From an uncultured Legionellales bacterium (lineage in GTDB: Bacteria > Pseudomonadota > Gammaproteobacteria > Eutrophobiales > Eutrophobiaceae), in contig CAJWQR010000005.1 in assembly GCA_913045195.1 (NCBI GenBank), positions 1 through 47,331 of the forward strand: a DNA stretch of 47,331 nucleotides. Direction: 5' to 3'. The notes below the pieces were generated by a model. That model was not told the DNA's origin. It saw only the letters and a program-made list of their open reading frames with translations, and searched no databases. Positions 40,867 through 47,331 of the stretch are shown here, piece by piece; position 1 is the first letter of the stretch, and every line of letters begins with the position of its first letter. The position numbers and the translations under genes were made by a program.

Positions 40867-41304
40867 CTAGTAGTCTTCCTTATTACTATCAATTTGTCGA
40901 TATCTGATATCTTTATTTTCTCGAAACCAAGTCTCGAGAATAATTCTTGCAGATACGGGGTCAAGTTTGCGTGTTGATTTTAATTCACGTCTTGCCTCAT
41001 ATGATGAAAGCCGTTCATCGATTAAGTCAACGGGTATTTTAAAACGATGTTCGAGTTGCCTTCCAAAACGTTCTGCTGCATCTGTCATTTTTTGTCGGGT
41101 ACCCTCTAAAGTAAACGGATGACCCACAATTAATTTGTCGGGCTCCCATTCAGCAATAAGACGATTAATCATCCCCCAATTAGGTTTTTTATTAATGACG
41201 GGTATTGTTTGTAATGCTGTTGCGGTAGAGGTAACAGTTTGACCAACAGCCACACCTATTCGTTTTTCACCATAATCAAAGCAAAGCAAAGTTTGGTTAT
41301 TCAC
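40867..41304 (-). CDS. ruvX: YqgF/RuvX nuclease (pre-16S rRNA processing)
   Basis: FDYGEKRIGVAVG, VGHP, DERLSS, D..SA..IL. Confidence 0.94.
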   Translation of the reverse strand: MNNQTLLCFDYGEKRIGVAVGQTVTSTATALQTIPVINKKPNWGMINRLIAEWEPDKLIVGHPFTLEGTRQKMTDAAERFGRQLEHRFKIPVDLIDERLSSYEARRELKSTRKLDPVSARIILETWFRENKDIRYRQIDSNKEDY

Positions 41305-41332
41305 AAGTTTCTCATAGCGTATTTAGCAACAC

Positions 41333-42310
41333 TTACCTAAAACTTTTGTTATTTATAAATTGCCATGTACGTAAAATATGTAAAATATCGATTTGATCCT
41401 CAATATTTTTTGGAAATTCCGCATAAGGAGCCGCTAATTCAACAATTTTTATTGCTGCGCTATCTAAAAGTTTTTCTCCAGATGATTTTCGAAGTGTGAT
41501 CTCATTAATGGTGCCATCTTTATTTAATGCAACGTCAAGCCTTAGACTCCCCGATAGATTAAGTCGCCTTGCTTCCTCAGGGTAGTTTAAATTTCCTACT
41601 CTTTCGACTTTTCTGCGCCACGCGTCCATGTATGCCGCATATTCATATTCTTTCGTACTCGCCGAAATAAATTTTCGTCTTGGACGTTCAGTTTTTTCTA
41701 GCATCTCACGCCTTACTTCATTATTCGAAGCAGCAATTTCGAAGCTACTTGTGAGCAGTTCATTTGAAGATGGAATAGTTGGCGGCGTTGTTGTTTTTTT
41801 TGGTATTTTTTTCTCAGTATCTGGGTTATCAAATTTTTCATAGACAAGGTCAGGAACCTGTTTCTCAGAAACAAGATCTGTAATTTCATTTTCTATATTT
41901 TCTACTGAGATCATTTCCATACTTTCTTTATTTACGTCTAAAACTTCTGGTATTTCAGTTTTACTAATTTCTATATCATGAGGTTGAAATAATTCTTCTT
42001 TTAGAGTTGGCTGGTCAATGATTTGTTGATTTGATTCCGAAAAACTAGGCGCTATTGATGTCGCCGGCTCAATGACTTCTTCAATCTCCCCCCCACCCTG
42101 GAGATTTTTTTGCGCCAATATATTGCTTTCTTCAGGAGTTTTTGTTTCCTGCTTGACTAAAACAATTTCCATTGTGTTTGAGCGCGTAGCTGGCCGGTCT
42201 TCTTTAGTGAAGTTAATGCCAAAAACGGTAAGGACATGAATTAATAAGGCAATGCTCAGCGTTAAACCAAGTCGGTCATGCGGGGTTGGCCTAAGTTGCG
42301 CTACTGACAT
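41333..42310 (-). CDS. tonB: TonB family protein (TonB3-like)
   Basis: N-terminal TM with His (ALLIH), acidic linker, C-terminal YMDAWRRKVERVGNLNYP...SSG..LLD.AA. Follows gshB. Confidence 0.88.
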   Translation of the reverse strand: MSVAQLRPTPHDRLGLTLSIALLIHVLTVFGINFTKEDRPATRSNTMEIVLVKQETKTPEESNILAQKNLQGGGEIEEVIEPATSIAPSFSESNQQIIDQPTLKEELFQPHDIEISKTEIPEVLDVNKESMEMISVENIENEITDLVSEKQVPDLVYEKFDNPDTEKKIPKKTTTPPTIPSSNELLTSSFEIAASNNEVRREMLEKTERPRRKFISASTKEYEYAAYMDAWRRKVERVGNLNYPEEARRLNLSGSLRLDVALNKDGTINEITLRKSSGEKLLDSAAIKIVELAAPYAEFPKNIEDQIDILHILRTWQFINNKSFR

Positions 42311-43260
42311 TATATATACTCTTGTTTTCTTTCTTCTATGGCGTCCATTAATTGTTCAGCAATACTAATATTAAATAAGCTATCTAAATCACGTATACAG
42401 GTAGGGCTGGTTACATTAATTTCTGTTAAATAATTTCCTATTATATCTATACCAACAAAGATTAAACCCATATCACTTAATTTAGAACCAACTTGATCGC
42501 ATATCCATTTATCACGATCAGTTAATTCAATTCCTTTCCCGATTGCGCCTTGGGCGAGATTTCCTTTTAAATTAGTATTTGTTGGTACTCTCGCTAAGGC
42601 ATAAGGCACTGGCTTCCCATCAATTAGCAAGATGCGTTTATCACCAGCTGTAATTTCCGGTAGGAATTTTTGTGCCATGATAAATCCTGTGCCATTTTTT
42701 GTTATTGATCGTAATTTTGACTCAGCATTATCATTTACTTCAGTTATACGATAAATACCTTTACCCCCCATGCTGTCCAGAGGCTTGATGATGACATCTT
42801 TATGCTCTGTTATGAAATCAAGCAAGACCTGGGTATTTCTACTTATTCTCGTCGGCGGTATACAATTCGGGAAATAAGTGATGAAAAATTTTTCATTTAC
42901 ACTTCTGAGCGCGGTTGGGTTATTTACAACAAGTACGCCCAGTCGTTGTGCATGCTCAAGTATGTAAGTCGAGTAGATATACTCAAGATCAAAAGGCGGA
43001 TCTTTTCTCATTAAAATAATATCGAGAGTAGATAAATTATCTACATGAGCATCTGACAATGTATGCCATTTGTTCAGGTCATCAGCCACCTTCAGGTATT
43101 GCATACGCGCTACCGGAATATCATTATCCATATAAAGATCATCAAGCTCCATGTACTGTATGCCCCATCCACGTTTTTGCGCAGCTAGCAACATCGCAAA
43201 AGAACTATCCTTCTTTATATTGATCTTGCTAATTGGATCCATAATGATACCTAATTTCAT
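42310..43260 (-). CDS. gshB: glutathione synthetase
   Basis: MDPI...KKDSS, MRKDPPF, KPLDSMGG, EINVTSPT. Confidence 0.97.
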   Translation of the reverse strand: MKLGIIMDPISKINIKKDSSFAMLLAAQKRGWGIQYMELDDLYMDNDIPVARMQYLKVADDLNKWHTLSDAHVDNLSTLDIILMRKDPPFDLEYIYSTYILEHAQRLGVLVVNNPTALRSVNEKFFITYFPNCIPPTRISRNTQVLLDFITEHKDVIIKPLDSMGGKGIYRITEVNDNAESKLRSITKNGTGFIMAQKFLPEITAGDKRILLIDGKPVPYALARVPTNTNLKGNLAQGAIGKGIELTDRDKWICDQVGSKLSDMGLIFVGIDIIGNYLTEINVTSPTCIRDLDSLFNISIAEQLMDAIEERKQEYI

Positions 43261-43382
43261 AAAATACCTTTATTTTTCATATATAACCTAGCTATAAACA
43301 GCTTTCTCATTAATTCCTAAAGTGTATTATTATAAAACTGTATCTCTTTTAATAACATGGTTTTAAATAACTAAAATATATT

Positions 43383-44303
43383 GTGAAAAAAATAAAAATT
43401 GCGACTCGAAAAAGTCCTCTTGCTATATGGCAGGCCAAATATGTTAAAGAAGAGTTAATAAAAGTTCACGTTGATATTGAAATTGAATTAGTCAGTATGC
43501 AAACAGAGGGCGATCGTTTCCTTGAATCTCCTTTGTTCAATGTTGGCGGTAAAGGCCTTTTTATAAAAGAGCTCGAAGCGGCTTTATCGTCTAATAATGC
43601 TGATATTGCTGTACATTCGATGAAAGATGTTGTCGTCGATTTACCAGAGAATCTCGTATTGCCGGTTATTATGAAGCGCGAGGATAGTCGAGATGTGTTG
43701 ATATCTAATCATTATAATGAAATCGATACAATCCCTAAAAATAGTGTTGTGGGTACGTCTAGCCAACGCCGGCAGTCACAATTTAGGAGGCTTTGCCCAA
43801 ATGCTGTCTTGAAAGATTTACGTGGCAATGTTGAGACGAGAATACGTAAGCTGGATGATGGCGAGTACGATGCAATTTTACTTGCAGCAGCAGGCATTAT
43901 TCGGCTTGGGTTGAGTAACCGTATAACGCAATTAGTGCCCCACGGCCATTTGCTTCCTGCCGTCGGTCAAGGCGCTATAGGTATCGAATGCCGTGCTGAT
44001 GATATGACTACACAAGAATTAATTGCCCCGCTCAATGATAAGGATACCTCCCTTTGCGTATTAGCGGAGCGCGCTTTTAGTCGCCGTTTAAACGGTGGCT
44101 GTCAATTGCCCATTGCTGCACATGCTTTAATTGAGGATAAACAAATAAAATTGAGCGGGTTGGTTGCAAAGCTAGATGGGAGTGAAATTATAAAATCAGA
44201 AAAACAGGGAGATATCACGGATACAGAAAGCATTGGTAACTCTTTAGCAGAATTATTACTAGCACGCGGTGCCGATGTTATTTTAAAAGAGCTGACAAAT
44301 TAA
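43383..44303 (+). CDS. hemC: hydroxymethylbilane synthase
   Basis: IATRKSPLA, GGKGLF, AVHSMKD, LRGNV, GGCQLP cofactor Cys. Confidence 0.97.
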   Translation: MKKIKIATRKSPLAIWQAKYVKEELIKVHVDIEIELVSMQTEGDRFLESPLFNVGGKGLFIKELEAALSSNNADIAVHSMKDVVVDLPENLVLPVIMKREDSRDVLISNHYNEIDTIPKNSVVGTSSQRRQSQFRRLCPNAVLKDLRGNVETRIRKLDDGEYDAILLAAAGIIRLGLSNRITQLVPHGHLLPAVGQGAIGIECRADDMTTQELIAPLNDKDTSLCVLAERAFSRRLNGGCQLPIAAHALIEDKQIKLSGLVAKLDGSEIIKSEKQGDITDTESIGNSLAELLLARGADVILKELTN

Positions 44304-44317
44304 TTTTTTATAACACT

Positions 44318-45088
44318 ATGACATTAAAAAATAAACGCATACTGATAACGAGGCCAAATGAACAAGCTGATAGTTTATGCAAATTGATTTCAAACCACGG
44401 CGGGGTAAGTGTTCGGTTTCCAACAATTAAAATTCAACCTATAGTTAGGACTGATAAATTAATCAAACGCTTTGATGAAATAAGTAAGTATGATTTTATT
44501 ATATTTATAAGTCGTAATGCAGCGAAAATAACGATTGATCATTTTATTGACAATATTGATGTGTTTATAGATACACAAATTATCGCAATAGGCCCAGGCA
44601 CAGCCGAAGAGTTAGCAACAAGAGGCCTTACTGACATTATTTGTCCAGGCAGTCAAACAGACAGTAAAGCCCTGCTGGATTTAAAAGAAATGCAAAGCAA
44701 TAAGATTGCAAATAAACAAATTTTAATTATACGTGGTACGGGCGGACGTGAATTACTGGCTGATAGTTTAGAGACGAGAGGCGCAAACATTAATTATGTT
44801 GAAGTTTATAAAAGATGTTTGCCTGAATATGGGAAGCACGAAATAGGGAATGCCTGGTATAAGAAAAAACCAGATGTAGTTGTTGTGACGAGCAATGAAA
44901 TATTGAATAATTTAATAAATCTATTGAGTGATGATAAGAAAAAACTGTTTTCAACGCCGCTTGTCACTATGTCAGAACGTATTGCTGAACGCGCAAGAAA
45001 AGAAGGGTTTACATCAAAGATTGGCGTTGCAAGAGAGCAAAATGATAACGGTGTACTAGCCGGACTTCTCGAACTTGTTGAGGATTAA
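44318..45088 (+). CDS. hemD: uroporphyrinogen-III synthase
   Basis: ILITRP, IFISRNA, AIGPGTA, RGTGGRELL, EVYKR. Confidence 0.94.
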   Translation: MTLKNKRILITRPNEQADSLCKLISNHGGVSVRFPTIKIQPIVRTDKLIKRFDEISKYDFIIFISRNAAKITIDHFIDNIDVFIDTQIIAIGPGTAEELATRGLTDIICPGSQTDSKALLDLKEMQSNKIANKQILIIRGTGGRELLADSLETRGANINYVEVYKRCLPEYGKHEIGNAWYKKKPDVVVVTSNEILNNLINLLSDDKKKLFSTPLVTMSERIAERARKEGFTSKIGVAREQNDNGVLAGLLELVED

Positions 45089-45092
45089 GGAT

Positions 45093-46145
45093 ATGGATGA
45101 AATAAAAGAAAAAAATAATATTTTAATAGATCAGCCGAAAAAAAAGTCATCAAATAAATTTGTTTTATTTATATCTTTATTACTTATTTTTATTATCGCT
45201 CTTTATTTCTTCGTTAATAAATTTATTGATAATGAACAGATAGTTGAGAAAAAAATAAAAGAAATAGAGGGTATTGTGAGTAGTATAGACAATACTATTA
45301 ATAAGAATCAGTCAAGACTGGTAAACATGCAAAATCAATTAGATGAGTATGAATCAGAAAAAGATGTCCTTGCTGATTTAGTATCTCAACCCGTCAAAGA
45401 GCAGTTTAATATTAATAAAGATTACGCACTGGCTGAGGTTGAGCATTTACTAACTATTGCAAACCATAATTTACTATTAGGATATAACCATGAAACACTA
45501 TTATCTGCACTTGATGCGGCTAGTAGTCGGTTGAACGGGATTAATATAAAAGAAGTCTCAGCGGTTCAAGAACAACTCATTAAAAATATCGATGTTTTGA
45601 GGGCAAATAATGTTGCTGATATAGACAACATGATCTTGTTGTTAACTGACTTAGCAGAGCGAATTGACAGTTTCCCACTAAAAAGAGAGTTGATAAAAAG
45701 CAGAGGAAAGAGATATGAAAATATAGGTAATGGGGAGACAACAGAGGTAAAAAAATTCTTTACACTTATTTTGAAAGAGCTAAAAGGTTTGGTCGTTATT
45801 ACGCATAATGAAAACTCTGCCGAACATTTCTTCTTACCAAATGAGATTAATTTGTTGAATTTAAATATTAAACTTGAATTAGCAAATGCCAAATTTTCTT
45901 TGTTAAATCGGGATGAACAAAACTTGAATGCATCAGTTCAACAGATAATTCATTATTTAAGAAATTATTACGATTTATCAAATACAGAAACTCAGGATGC
46001 TTATGATGGTTTGTCTCAAATGATCGATTTAAAGCTTTCATTTCCGAAGATTGATATAAATTCAACTCTTGAATCTGTACGTGCATTGATTCGTTTTCAA
46101 AATGAGGGCGATAACACAATGGATAATGGGGATTCAACAAAATAA
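45093..46145 (+). CDS. hemX: HemX family membrane protein
   Basis: TM helix plus coiled coil, LAEVEHLLTIAN. Lies between hemD and hemY. ATG 45093 has an AAGGA RBS. Confidence 0.85.
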   Translation: MDEIKEKNNILIDQPKKKSSNKFVLFISLLLIFIIALYFFVNKFIDNEQIVEKKIKEIEGIVSSIDNTINKNQSRLVNMQNQLDEYESEKDVLADLVSQPVKEQFNINKDYALAEVEHLLTIANHNLLLGYNHETLLSALDAASSRLNGINIKEVSAVQEQLIKNIDVLRANNVADIDNMILLLTDLAERIDSFPLKRELIKSRGKRYENIGNGETTEVKKFFTLILKELKGLVVITHNENSAEHFFLPNEINLLNLNIKLELANAKFSLLNRDEQNLNASVQQIIHYLRNYYDLSNTETQDAYDGLSQMIDLKLSFPKIDINSTLESVRALIRFQNEGDNTMDNGDSTK

Positions 46146-46147
46146 AA

Positions 46148-47331
46148 ATGAAGTATTTACTGTTAAGCCTATTAACATTATTTCTAGCGATTGCTATTGG
46201 TTCAGTTGTGGTAAAAGACGCGGGTTATGTGCTGTTAACTATTTCGGGTTGGAAAATTGAAACTAGCGTAGTTTTATTCATTATTGCTTTATTTTTAATT
46301 TTCATAGTAGTTTATTTTTCAGTACGTAGTTTAGTTCGAGCTTGGCAATTACCGAATGACATAAGAGCTTGGCGCGCCAACAAAAAACAATATCGTAGTG
46401 AAAAATATATTACTGATGGGCTGATTAATATGGTTGAGGGGGAGTGGAAAGACGCCGAGAATACATTTTCTAAAGCCGCTTCCTATACTAAAAATCCTTA
46501 TATTATTTATCTTTGTGCAGCACGCGCTGCACAAGAAATGAATGCGCTGGATAAGCGGAATGAGTATTTAAAGCTTGCTCATCATCATAATCCAGATGCT
46601 ATGCTTGCCATTGGGTTAACACAGGCAGAATTACAATTGAATCAAAAGCAAACAGTGCAAGCACTTGCAACATTAAATAATCTACAAGAAAAATGGCCGG
46701 AACAACTCCGCGCAAAACAACTACTTTTAGAAACATATACTTTACTTAATGATTGGCAAGCAGTAATAAAATTATTAACTTCAATCGAAAAAAAGAACTT
46801 ATATGAAAATGATGTAATAGAAGCAAAAAAAATTAGTGCCTACGCAGGCCTGTTAAAAGAGTCAGGAAACTTAAATGATGAGAAAAAACTTAATACATTA
46901 TGGCAAGATATTCCGCGTAAATTAAAACGCCATCATCACTTAATTGAAGTATATGTCAGCGAGAGATTAAAATTTCATGATACATCGGACTGTGAAGTCT
47001 TGTTGAAAGGAACAATTAAGCGTCAATGGGATCGAAAATTAGTTCGTTTATATGGGCTTGTTACTTCGGAGGACCCAGATAAACAATTAATAACAGCAGA
47101 ATCCTGGCTAAGCAGTTATACCCATGACCCTGTATTACTTTTAACACTTGGTAGAATTTGTGTACGAAATAGTCTATGGAGCAAGGCTAAAGAGTATTTA
47201 CAAAAAAGTATCGATATTCAGGAAAGTTCAGATGCTTTTTTTCAATTTGCAAGTTTATATAAACATCAAGGGGATTATAAACAGGCAACCATTTATTTTG
47301 AAAAAGGTATAGCCCTAACAACAGAAAAGAG
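46148..47331 (+). CDS. hemY: HemY N-terminal-domain/TPR protein, truncated by the window end
   Basis: Read by hand: MKYLLLSLL...DAGYVLL..SGWKIETS...EGEWKDAE...AARAAQ. Frame appears open to the end of the window. Confidence 0.9.
   Translation, partial: MKYLLLSLLTLFLAIAIGSVVVKDAGYVLLTISGWKIETSVVLFIIALFLIFIVVYFSVRSLVRAWQLPNDIRAWRANKKQYRSEKYITDGLINMVEGEWKDAENTFSKAASYTKNPYIIYLCAARAAQEMNALDKRNEYLKLAHHHNPDAMLAIGLTQAELQLNQKQTVQALATLNNLQEKWPEQLRAKQLLLETYTLLNDWQAVIKLLTSIEKKNLYENDVIEAKKISAYAGLLKESGNLNDEKKLNTLWQDIPRKLKRHHHLIEVYVSERLKFHDTSDCEVLLKGTIKRQWDRKLVRLYGLVTSEDPDKQLITAESWLSSYTHDPVLLLTLGRICVRNSLWSKAKEYLQKSIDIQESSDAFFQFASLYKHQGDYKQATIYFEKGIALTTEK

Noticed and set aside
40356-40870. PyrR attenuator
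   Set aside because: The genes abut or overlap and no leader or terminator-antiterminator is visible.
40863-40964. N-terminal ORF extensions creating long overlaps (pyrR here; also 19314-19352, 38097-38129, 23972-23986, 45075-45092)
   Set aside because: Better downstream starts exist, so these are longest-ORF artefacts.

Overview
AT-rich, densely packed core-genome region of a Gammaproteobacterium. I found no tRNA, rRNA, CRISPR array, IS or phage signal. In order, the window holds: (1) an A1-type cytochrome c oxidase cluster (coxB with fused cyt c, coxA, a small membrane ORF, ctaG, coxC, DUF2909-like, SURF1, SCO-like, ctaA, cyoE); (2) rpoH-ftsXEY, divergent from an M16 peptidase pair-rsmD-coaD-ggt; (3) mutM, a four-gene GldA/GldF/GldG/DUF4340-type ABC module and rpmG-rpmB; (4) coaBC-dut-algC-argB-slmA; (5) pyrE/xth; (6) metW-metX-yggT-proC-yggS; (7) three tandem PilT/PilU ATPases; (8) gshB-tonB-ruvX-pyrR-pyrB-pyrC'-pyrK; (9) hemCDXY, with hemY running off the end. 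Three genes missing from the ORF track were read by hand: rpmG, the small cox ORF and hemY. The best non-obvious signals are regulatory: a perfect CIRCE overlapping a sigmaE-type promoter at rpoH, a perfect sigmaE promoter before the M16 peptidase operon, and an FNR-like box in the cox assembly divergon. The best candidate for an uncharacterised system is the Gld-like ABC module between rpmG and mutM. I cannot claim a clearly new system. All family assignments come from motif recognition and remembered synteny, not from database searches.
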